A stretch of DNA of 64,000 nt from Flaccisagitta enflata (Eukaryota): the NCBI GenBank assembly GCA_965153355.1, contig OZ231126.1:7502001-7566000 (forward strand). The letters are read 5' to 3'. A program made the translations under genes and the position numbers. This document shows, one piece after another, positions 29,011-38,032 of this stretch. The notes beneath the pieces are model-generated. The model did not search any database. It saw nothing but the letters and a program-made list of their open reading frames with translations, and was not told the origin of the DNA. Within the stretch, counting starts at the first letter, position 1. Each line of letters starts with the position of its first letter.

Positions 29011-29206
29011 TAGGTTAGGGTAGGTTAGGTTGGGTTAGGGTTAGGAGGTTAGGTTGTTAGGGTTAGAGTGAGGTTAGAGGTTAGTTGTAGGTTAGGTTAA
29101 GGTGGCGGGTTGTTAGGCTAGGGCAGGCAGTTGGTTAGGGGCTAGGGTTAGTTGGGTTAGGTTAGGTAGGAAAAGCAGGTTGGCTTGGAGGGTTAGGGTT
29201 AGGAGG

Positions 29207-29239
<33 letters not shown>

Positions 29240-29258
29240 GTTGGGTTAGGGTTAGGGT
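29011..29258 (+). repeat. Telomeric tract 2 (largely degenerate TTAGG/TTAGGG)
   Basis: G/T-rich TTAGG(G) variants, near-perfect at the right edge. Confidence 0.88.
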
Positions 29259-30126
29259 TATAGCTGTGACTTATGTTTTACTTAAGCTTTGATATTTTTG
29301 GTTAGAAATGCTTAAGTCCTTCGCTTAATATAGTAGTCGGTCTTTATTGGTACAAACAGGTTCCCAGTAGTGGACCATCATGTAGAGTAACATTTGCCCT
29401 TTCCAAATCTGTATCGCACTTTACTTTGGTATCTGTCGTTTGGCAGTTATTAGCGTTTTAGTGATAACACCTCATTTGCATAATGTTGTCTCTCCTTTTT
29501 ACTCCGTGGTGCCACTTTGGTTCCACCCCATGGTGTGACCCCTCCACCATAGGTTACCATAAAACTTAACTAAAGGTGACTCCAAATCTGCCCTCAGATT
29601 TGGGCTACGATGAGCCGTTTGGCTGCCCCTGCCCCAAGGCTGATCCAGCCCTTTGTCTCTTCCCCAGCCAGGAGGATTTGCCTCCGGGTCCCCTTAGAAG
29701 ATGCTCATCTGTCTTTGGTTACCATGGTCTTTCTTATCCTCCTGTAGGAGGCGCTGGTAGTACTGTACACCTCAGAGGACATTGCCCTTTTGTTGGTCCT
29801 CTGCTTTTCCTTTGGTCACATGACCTAACTGTCATGGCAGCCTCCTTGCTCCGAGCCGGAGGGACTCTGTCAACCTTAGAGAATGAATCCTTTCATTCTG
29901 GTTCTTTGTTCTGAGTCAGAAAGACTCATAGTATTTTTCTCTTGGGATTTAATTAAAAGGCCAAAGGCCTTGGACTCGATTTTAATCTAAGTACCCCAAG
30001 GGTACATGTGTTTGTTAGAGGCCAAGTAGCCTCATATAGTAACTTGTGTCTATGGTGTTAAAGACATTATGAAATAGAGGAAAAGTACATGTAGGAGTCC
30101 ATGTACCCTTTTTCATCATCGCCACA
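29259..30126 (+). repeat. 5' LTR of element C (868 bp, starts TATAGC)
   Basis: Direct repeat of 38033-38899; followed by AAT+PBS. Confidence 0.95.
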
Positions 30127-30129
30127 AAT

Positions 30130-30141
30130 TGGTGACTCCCG
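30130..30141 (+). promoter_or_regulatory. Primer-binding site, tRNA-Trp-like (also 40460, 50733, 61073 and 28488-28499 on -)
   Basis: TGGTGA(CT/G)CCCG 1-3 nt after each 5' LTR; resembles the tRNA-Trp PBS TGGTGACCCCGAC. Confidence 0.8.
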
Positions 30142-30959
30142 ACTAAGAGTCATTTTCTCCAACCTTCTGACAACAAGCTGGGTGGGGATCAGCCCAAGTA
30201 CCTGTTTCAGGACCGCCCCCCCAGCCGCCGCCATCTTCTTCTTCACTCAGCCTGCTGCCTGGAAGTGTTCCCGTTTGAGGTTCTCTACTTATCCCAGGCA
30301 GCTCTTCCCTGCAGTGTCAGCTGTGGTCACCACGGACCACCCACTGTGGGGTGCCCCGAGTGGTATTTAGGCTGCTTCACCATCGAGTCAACAAGCCCAT
30401 CAATCCTTCAGGAGTCCTCTGACTTGGCCTCATTTGAGAAGCTGTTGGAGGCGACCACTGAGCCTGTCTACCGCCGTGGAGATCGGCCATACGGAGGGTT
30501 CGGTGCAGGAGCACCCACCCTTACAACAGGGTGAGCCGGACAGAAAGTGTAGCAACATATAACTCAACACTTTCACCACCTCCTAACCGACAGACTGACA
30601 GCCAAAGTTAAAACTGTTGTAATTCATGCTGTTACTTCCCTGTTTTATATCCACATGTTGGTCGACTTCAACAACCACCCACGGGTCAACGGCAAACGAG
30701 AGGCTCATCATATTCATCAAGCAGCTCTACAACATCAATCTGCATCCAATCGACGCCCAACAGCGCCTCCAGTCGCCCAGCAGCTCGTCGCCAATGTCAA
30801 CTTGACTTTCATCTCTACAACCACTTTTTCAACTTGGTGCTCGGCAGATGAAGACGCCTCACGCCCAAACGGCTTCGAATCTGATCGTGAAACGCAACAG
30901 GCACGTCGACCACATCGAGAGGCATCACACTCAACCGTCCATTCGATCGTCACGAGCCT

Positions 30960-31630
30960 CCAGCGCCTCTTCAAGCCGATCTTCTCTGCATCCTCAACGA
31001 CCGTCGACGACGCCATTTTCAAATCGCTCTCGAACGGCGAATTTTTATGCCAGGATCACGAAATTTTTATAGAAGGTACCTCTTGTCCACCTTTACCACG
31101 TCCTCAAACGGCATCGTCATACTCGACCGCGAAGTGCCCCAATTTCGCGACTGAAGTTCGTCGTCGAACCTTCGCCGCCGCCGGTAACTTCAACACGCTC
31201 TCGAACGGCCGTTTCTCAATGGATCGTCGTGAAAATTGACAGGAATGTACATCTAGGTAACCTCTACCACGTTCTCAAACGGCATCGTCCTACTCGACCG
31301 CGAAGTGCCGCAATTACGTAACTGAAGTTCGTCGTCGAACCTCCGCCGCCGCCGGAGACTTCAACACGCTCTCGAACGGCCGTCTCTCAACCAATCGTCA
31401 TCAAAACTTACAGGAATGTAGTTCAGCATCACCTCTACCTTGCCTGAAAAGGGCATCGCTCAACTCGATCGGGAAGACGCCCATTTACGCGACACAAAAT
31501 CGTCCTCGAGCCTCCGCCGCCGCCGACGACTTCAACAACCTCCAGATCGCTCAATTCTCGTCCGAGGTCGATGAAACGCGGAGGGAAAGTGTAACAGAGT
31601 CTCCTCTACGACTAACAACCGTCATCCCCG
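30960..31630 (+). repeat. 171-bp tandem repeat in the leader of element C (about 4 diverging units)
   Basis: CGCTCTCGAACGGC at 31025, 31196 and 31367; outer boundaries approximate. Confidence 0.8.
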
Positions 31631-32232
31631 CGAATTAGCGACGAGCATCGCCGCTAACAACGTTTGAATCGAGTAGGAAGCAGTTGTTGAAGGTGCCACT
31701 TCCGGTTTCCAAACGGCTCAACATGAGAAGCTCCCAATCGACTCAGAGGGACATCTACTCACCCCCTACGACCTCCAGTCATCTCCACGGCTCCGACTCA
31801 ACGCAGTTCCGCCGTAGCCGCCCTCGAAGTTGACGAGCTCTTCCAATGCAGCCACAGAAAAGTGGAAAAAAGATTTCAAACGGCCATATCTCCTAAACGG
31901 CTTGGCCGATCTGCCTGAAATTTTGCATGAAGGATCAACTCGACCTCCTCTACAACTCTACATCGTCATTTCCATGATTTCCTCGAATTCTCGCTCAGCT
32001 GCTCAGCCAGCTCATGTTAAAGAGTTCTATTAATGTTTATATCTATGTGCAGGATAAAAGCACATAATCATCACTTCTATTATCGTTTCTTCTACTCCAT
32101 TACCCGCCAATGAGCGGGTATAACGTCCATCTGCATGTGCCTGACGACATCAGCTTCCTCCCTCTCTAACAACAGTCGATAGCAGCAGCAACAGCAACAA
32201 CAGCATCGCCAGCAGCAACGACTACAGCAACA

Positions 32233-33348
32233 ATGACTACAGAGGAACAACTAGCTCAGCTCAGAGCTATCGCAGAGCAGCAACAGCAGCAGATGGTTGA
32301 TGCAAACAATTTTGCACAAAGACAAGCAGCTCAACTGGAAGAGTCACAACGACAGCTGCAAGAGTCACAGCAGACAATCTCGCGATTGACAGAAGCATTT
32401 CAAGCATTGTCAAGTCAGCCTCAACCTCTCACTCTCACTCCTTCTCCCAAACGGAAGCCAGAGCTGCCTCCATTTGACAGCAGAAACATTCTGATATGGA
32501 TAAGAAGGATAGAGGCTGCTTACACTCGAGTTGGAGTGGTAGAAGCAAAAGATAAGTTTGCATGGCTTGAATCAATGTTCCAAGTCAAACTCAATCCTCG
32601 AATTGATTCCTTTCTCTATGGTTCCAACACAGATCAAGATTGGCTAGACTTCATCAAATACCTCAAGGACGAGTATGGCCCAACAAAGAGGCAAAAAGCT
32701 CAAAAGCTTATGGCAGAGGTACCGAGACATGACATGAAGCCATCACAATACTTGGCACAGTTGGTTGATGATACCAAAGATGTTACTGTTGATGAGATCC
32801 GCAAAGAACATCTCTTAAACACCATTCCACCCAGAATCCGCGAAATTATGGGTAAAAAGGTTGAAGAAATGGATGCAGCAGCTGTTGCAAAAAAGGCTGA
32901 TGAGTTTTTTGACCGGCAAGGCAAACCACTGGAAAGAAATGTCAATCCAGTCAACCAGGTCTCCAACACCTCGTCATATGCATCACCTCCTCCTTCCCCA
33001 GCCTTCACTGCAGCATTCTCAGATGAACAAACGGATGTCAACTTTGTCAAGAGAGGACACAAAGGCAACAACAGGGGACGCAGCAGCAGCAGTCGACCGC
33101 CGAGCAGCAGCAGCAGCCGACCGTCGAACAGCAGCAGCAGCCGATCATCATTCAACAAAACTCCCAACGCCTCATCAGGACGCCCTCAAGGAGATGCTCA
33201 TCCTCAACATCCTCCAGGCACCTGCAAGTGGCATCGTCGTTTTGGTGATAAGTCAACCAAGTGTGCATCAGACTGCCCTCTCCTCAAGAGCTTCACTCAT
33301 CAGCAAAAGACTCAGCAGGGAAACGGCAGTGGGAGCAGACGTCAGTGA
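32233..33348 (+). CDS. gag: Gag of element C (upstream in-frame ATG 32110 is cut off by TAA 32167)
   Basis: 371 aa; coiled-coil-like N-terminus, KPELPPFD..WIRR, CKWHRRFGDKSTKCASDC. Confidence 0.93.
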   Translation: MTTEEQLAQLRAIAEQQQQQMVDANNFAQRQAAQLEESQRQLQESQQTISRLTEAFQALSSQPQPLTLTPSPKRKPELPPFDSRNILIWIRRIEAAYTRVGVVEAKDKFAWLESMFQVKLNPRIDSFLYGSNTDQDWLDFIKYLKDEYGPTKRQKAQKLMAEVPRHDMKPSQYLAQLVDDTKDVTVDEIRKEHLLNTIPPRIREIMGKKVEEMDAAAVAKKADEFFDRQGKPLERNVNPVNQVSNTSSYASPPPSPAFTAAFSDEQTDVNFVKRGHKGNNRGRSSSSRPPSSSSSRPSNSSSSRSSFNKTPNASSGRPQGDAHPQHPPGTCKWHRRFGDKSTKCASDCPLLKSFTHQQKTQQGNGSGSRRQ

Positions 33349-36300
33349 ACGCGGCTACTCCCTCTTCTCCATCACTAAACAACATCAAAAGTGATCTACT
33401 GTATGTTCACGATGTCAAGACTCGTCTCAAATGGTTAATCGACGGTGGAGCTGTTCTTTCCATCATCCCTCCAACATTGGCACAAAGACTCCAAGGGCCC
33501 ACGACTACTCAACTTCAAGCTGCAAACGGGACCAAGATTCCATGCTATGGGGTGAGATCCATGCCTATTCATCTTGCAGATAGGAAAATAGATTTCCCTG
33601 TAACGATTGCGGATGTCAAACAACCAATTCTAGGAGCTGATTTTTTGGCATACTCCTACCTAGCCCCTAACCATAGAGACGGGACATTAATTGACCTGAA
33701 AAATATGTCTGTGTTGAAAGTTGATTTTGAGACCAAGGCAGAGCCAATTCGAGTTAGCCATGTGAGCCAAGCCACGGATCCATATTATCAACTGCTTGAT
33801 AACAAATTCCCCAATCTCTCTAATCCAACATTTCGAGTGAAAGAGGTTAATCATGGTGTATTTCACTATATCCCCACCGAGGGGCCCCCTGTCCAGGCAA
33901 GGGCCCGTAAGTTGGACCCAGAGAAGCTCGCGGTTGCTAAAACAGAAATTGAAAAGCTAGTTGAGCTGGGAGTTTGTGAAAGAGGAAAGAGTGAGTGGTC
34001 AAGTCCTCTTCTAGTTACCACTAAGCCCTGTAATTCGCCGTGCACGTGTGATCAGCAGAAGCCATGTGGGGGATGGAGGGTCTGTGGTGACTACAGACGC
34101 CTCAACCATATGACCACAACCGACCGCTACCCGGTTAGAAATCTTCAAGATTTCAATGCTGACCTCAGGGGGAAGAAAATTTTCAGCAAGGTTGACCTTC
34201 TTAAAGGGTATCACCAGATACCTGTCAACCCTGACGACGTTCGTAAGACAGCAGTCATTACCCCCTTTGGCCTGTATTTGTTTCCTCGATGCCCTTTCGG
34301 TTTGAAAAATGCCGGCCAAGACTTTCAGAGACTTATGGACCGCATTTTGGGTGATATCCCGCACACTTTTGTGTACTTAGATGATATACTCATCGCATCC
34401 GAGACCAAAGAAGAGCATTTAGAAGATTTGGAACGCGTGTTCAAAATCTTGGAGGAAAACGGATTGGTAGTTAATCGCAAAAAATGCATTCTAGGCGCCT
34501 CTTCCATCGAGTTTTTAGGCCATCTCTGCGATCGCCATGGCATCAAGCCACTTCCTTCAAAAGTTGACGCCATCCGGGAAGTAAAGCCTCCAACCACTGT
34601 CAAGGAGCTCCAACGCTTCCTTGGCATGGTTAATTACTACCGCCGGTTTATCAAAGCTGCAGCCCATCATCTGTTCCACCTATTCGAAGCTCTTGGAGAC
34701 AAACCAAAGCGCCTAGAGTGGAATGCAAACATGCAAGAATCATTTGATGCAATCAAAAATGCTCTGGCCAATGCAGCAATGCTCCACCACCCGGACCCCA
34801 ATCTCCCACTCGCAGTCACAACTGACGCTTCAAAAGTGGCAATCGGCGGTGTTATCGAGCAGAGAGGACCGAACGGATGGGAGCCTTTGGCCTTCTTTTC
34901 TAAGAAGTTATCCGATACTCAACAAAACTGGTCACCCTATGACCGTGAGTTACACGCGGCTCACAAAAGTGTGCGCCATTTTAAGCACATGCTGGAAGGA
35001 CGTGCATTCACGTTATACACAGACCATCAGAGTCTGGTGCCTTCAATGGCGAAAAAAACGGAAGCACAAACAGCTCGTCAGCAAAACCAGTTGTCAGAGA
35101 TTTCGGAATATACCACGGATATACGGTATTTAGAAGGAAAAAGCAACGTGGTCGCCGACGCTCTCTCAAGACCAAACGGCGAAGAATCTGCAAATCCTCC
35201 AACTGTCTCCAACATCATCGTCGACGAACATGTCTTCAAGACCGACATCATGGCCATGAAGGAAGCAGGCACTCTAGGAGTGTATCAAGTCATGCTGGAT
35301 GAGGAAGAGGAAAACGAGGAAGAATTCCCTGAATTGGCAGCAGCCACAGCAAGCTTTGCACGCGAAGTAGCAGAAGCAACTTCCTACATCTTCGACGAAG
35401 TGGCAGAGCCATCGTCAGAATCCTCCACTCAAGCCGAAGCAGCAACTTCCGACGACCAACTTGATCAGGTCAATTCCATCTTCGACGAAATGGAGCAACG
35501 CTACCATTGCCTTCTCAATCGTGGTTCTTCAAACACGCCGACGGCGATTGCAGCATCCAAAGCAGCTTCACCATCCAACGTTCCGTCAACGCCAAAGCAG
35601 CAGCAGCAGCGTCGAACGGTCTCTTTCGCTTCACCAGTGGTGACAACACCAGATGTTGCGAAGAAGCTTTTTCACTTTCCGCCTACTCCCGAACTCAAGA
35701 AGTTCGATGAAGCATTTGCTAAAAAGATTGGTCAACACCCAGAGTTGCAGCGCTTCTTCCAAGCTCCAAATACAGGGCCAAAGCCAAAACCAATCCAAGA
35801 GGCAAATCCAATTTCAACGGCAACTCCAGTCAGCACTTCCTCCTCAGCTGATACACACAAAACTGACAAGCCAGTCCCGGAAGCTAAACTTCAAGACTTG
35901 CAACTGGTTGTCAACGCCATCGATCACTATGCCATTGACTTAGAAGACATGGCCCGACAGCAAGCCTTAGACGCCGAGTTTCGAGCCTTGCTGAGAGACG
36001 CCAGAACTGGATTAAGCTTCCGTAAGATCAAGCTTGGGTCAACTTACATCCATGTTGATGTATCAAACGGCCCTGCAAGGCCATTTGTACCCCTCTCGTA
36101 CAGACAACGCATTTTCAACGTTGTTCATGGCTTAGGCCACCCGGGAGTTGAAAGAACGAGAAAAGCTATCGCTGACAAGTTTGTCTGGCCCAGTATGCGC
36201 CAGGATGTAATCAAATGGGCAAGAGAATGTATGCCATGCCAGCAGGCCAAAGTGCAACGTCATACAGTGCCTCCCATCGCCGAATTTGCAGTACCGGCCA

Positions 36301-37733
36301 AACGTTTTCAACATGTCCATATCGACATTGTCTCCATGCCTTACTCCAATGGTTTTAACCATTTGCTGACGGCCGTCGACAGATTTTCACGTTGGCCAGC
36401 CGCATTCCCAATCGCAGACATGAATGCTGAGACGATCATCGATACGTTCACCCACGGCTGGATTTCATGCTACGGTGTACCAGAAGTTGTGACGTCAGAT
36501 AGAGGGAGTCAATTCTCTTCCACTCTCTTCACCCAACTACTCAAGAATTGGGGTGTCAAACACAACATGACAACAGCCTATCACCCCGAGGCCAACGGGA
36601 TGGTCGAAAGACTGCACAGAAGGCTGAAGGAGAGTTTAATAGCTCTAGGAAATGGCGAAAGGAATCAGTGGTTCTGGAAGCTTCCCATGACGATGCTCAC
36701 CCTGCGAACCACGGTCAAACCCGATATCGGTGCGTCGCCATCGGATCTTGTCTACGGTGAAGGAGTAACAGTTCCTGGCCAACTGATTGGCCCACCGCAA
36801 CTCACCGACGACGAACTTCTTCGCGAGCAAAGATCGACACTCAACAACTTGCGCGTTGAAGTTGAACGGCTTCAGCCAAAGCCCACATCCGCTCACCGAC
36901 GTCCACAAGTCCATGTGCCCGATGAGTTGGCAACTGCGACGCACGTCCTTGTCAGGAAAGGCCTTCAGCCGTCATTGACAGCCCCTTACGAGGGCCCATA
37001 CAGAGTGCTTGCTCGCACCCCAACAGGCTTCCGGATACAATTCCCAGGGAGGAATTCCGACATCGTAGCTCTCTCCAGATTGAAGCCGGCTATAGTCGCT
37101 AGTGAGGATGACAATGACGAGGAAGATCCAAACAACGTAACTCCTCCTTCTCCTCCTCCTCCGGGTCGCCCTCCAGGTCTGCGGACTCGTCAACCAGCTC
37201 CGACAACTCGTGTTACTCGCAGCGCAGCTCAACAGCAAAGAAATGATAATGAGCCCAACCGCTCGGTTCCCTCGGACATTCCTTGCTCGAGCCGTGACGT
37301 TCCAGGAGAGCCGCTCCCGGATTCACCACCGCCTCCAACTGTCCCTCAGCGCAGCAGGAGAGCTCGCAGGGCCAATTCGCCAGATCACATCGATCCAACA
37401 GGCCGCGTCGAGGTTCCCGATGATCCCAATCTCGCCGTCTGCCCTGATCCAGTCGGAGAGGCAATTCTTGCTGACGCCTTCCCTCACCTCCCAGACCCTT
37501 TGAGTCGGGATCCGCGAGACATCGAGCAGCCACTTGTAGCTGCACCCGCAAACTCACACCAATCGGACCCGAGTGTCCCAGGTGGAGTCACAAACTCTAA
37601 CAATCAAGGGGGCGCAGATAAGAGAAAGAAAGTCTTAACGTTCTCTAACCCGCAAAGAGGAAATTTTTCATATCGACGCCGAAAGCCAGACGTGTCTGCA
37701 CTTCGCAGAATTTTAAACGATCTCAATAACTGA
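33261..37733 (+). CDS. pol: Pol of element C (PR-RT-RNase H-long linker-IN-tail), -1 frameshift entry near 33318
   Basis: 1490-aa open frame with LIDGGA, YLDD, TDASK, TDHQSL, HGLGH..CMPC, TSDRGSQF, PYEGPY. Confidence 0.97.
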   Translation: MCIRLPSPQELHSSAKDSAGKRQWEQTSVNAATPSSPSLNNIKSDLLYVHDVKTRLKWLIDGGAVLSIIPPTLAQRLQGPTTTQLQAANGTKIPCYGVRSMPIHLADRKIDFPVTIADVKQPILGADFLAYSYLAPNHRDGTLIDLKNMSVLKVDFETKAEPIRVSHVSQATDPYYQLLDNKFPNLSNPTFRVKEVNHGVFHYIPTEGPPVQARARKLDPEKLAVAKTEIEKLVELGVCERGKSEWSSPLLVTTKPCNSPCTCDQQKPCGGWRVCGDYRRLNHMTTTDRYPVRNLQDFNADLRGKKIFSKVDLLKGYHQIPVNPDDVRKTAVITPFGLYLFPRCPFGLKNAGQDFQRLMDRILGDIPHTFVYLDDILIASETKEEHLEDLERVFKILEENGLVVNRKKCILGASSIEFLGHLCDRHGIKPLPSKVDAIREVKPPTTVKELQRFLGMVNYYRRFIKAAAHHLFHLFEALGDKPKRLEWNANMQESFDAIKNALANAAMLHHPDPNLPLAVTTDASKVAIGGVIEQRGPNGWEPLAFFSKKLSDTQQNWSPYDRELHAAHKSVRHFKHMLEGRAFTLYTDHQSLVPSMAKKTEAQTARQQNQLSEISEYTTDIRYLEGKSNVVADALSRPNGEESANPPTVSNIIVDEHVFKTDIMAMKEAGTLGVYQVMLDEEEENEEEFPELAAATASFAREVAEATSYIFDEVAEPSSESSTQAEAATSDDQLDQVNSIFDEMEQRYHCLLNRGSSNTPTAIAASKAASPSNVPSTPKQQQQRRTVSFASPVVTTPDVAKKLFHFPPTPELKKFDEAFAKKIGQHPELQRFFQAPNTGPKPKPIQEANPISTATPVSTSSSADTHKTDKPVPEAKLQDLQLVVNAIDHYAIDLEDMARQQALDAEFRALLRDARTGLSFRKIKLGSTYIHVDVSNGPARPFVPLSYRQRIFNVVHGLGHPGVERTRKAIADKFVWPSMRQDVIKWARECMPCQQAKVQRHTVPPIAEFAVPAKRFQHVHIDIVSMPYSNGFNHLLTAVDRFSRWPAAFPIADMNAETIIDTFTHGWISCYGVPEVVTSDRGSQFSSTLFTQLLKNWGVKHNMTTAYHPEANGMVERLHRRLKESLIALGNGERNQWFWKLPMTMLTLRTTVKPDIGASPSDLVYGEGVTVPGQLIGPPQLTDDELLREQRSTLNNLRVEVERLQPKPTSAHRRPQVHVPDELATATHVLVRKGLQPSLTAPYEGPYRVLARTPTGFRIQFPGRNSDIVALSRLKPAIVASEDDNDEEDPNNVTPPSPPPPGRPPGLRTRQPAPTTRVTRSAAQQQRNDNEPNRSVPSDIPCSSRDVPGEPLPDSPPPPTVPQRSRRARRANSPDHIDPTGRVEVPDDPNLAVCPDPVGEAILADAFPHLPDPLSRDPRDIEQPLVAAPANSHQSDPSVPGGVTNSNNQGGADKRKKVLTFSNPQRGNFSYRRRKPDVSALRRILNDLNN
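33318..33324 (+). promoter_or_regulatory. -1 ribosomal frameshift heptamer G GGA AAC (also 43102-43108, 53377-53383 and 25665-25671 on -)
   Basis: X XXY YYZ in the gag frame inside the gag/pol overlap in all complete elements; pol lies in the -1 frame. Confidence 0.85.
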
Positions 37734-38021
37734 AGTAGTTTTCCGGTTATGTAGTCTCCGATCTTTCTTTCATTAACTTTTACCGTGTTGTAGCAAAGTG
37801 TCCAGTGGTAAGACCCACTATAAAAAGTATGTAATTCTCTACTCACTTTCGTTAGTGTACAACGGTCTCCGATATCTTCATATATGTCAATTTATCGATC
37901 GCGTGTTTATCTATCCTTAATATCCATGACTTAATTTTTTACATCATCTCGCTTAAGTAGTGTTCATCACGTCTTTATTAGACTGCTACTTCTCTGTGAT
38001 TTTTCTCTCGTTCATATACAG

Positions 38022-38032
38022 TCTAGGGGGCG
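38022..38032 (+). promoter_or_regulatory. Polypurine tract TCT(A/G)GGGGGCG (also 19239, 47894, 58169 and 21590-21600 on -)
   Basis: Conserved 11-mer abutting every 3' LTR. Confidence 0.88.

Noticed and set aside
30655-31239. Leader ORFs in C (194 aa) and F (250 and 209 aa) as accessory genes
   Set aside because: They overlap the 171-bp repeats, mostly use non-ATG or weak starts, and show no protein similarity between families.
37100-38032. Chromodomain, env gene or TRFH-docking [FY]xLxP motif in or after the integrase tail
   Set aside because: None seen by eye; the 3' UTR is only about 200-350 bp with no third ORF.
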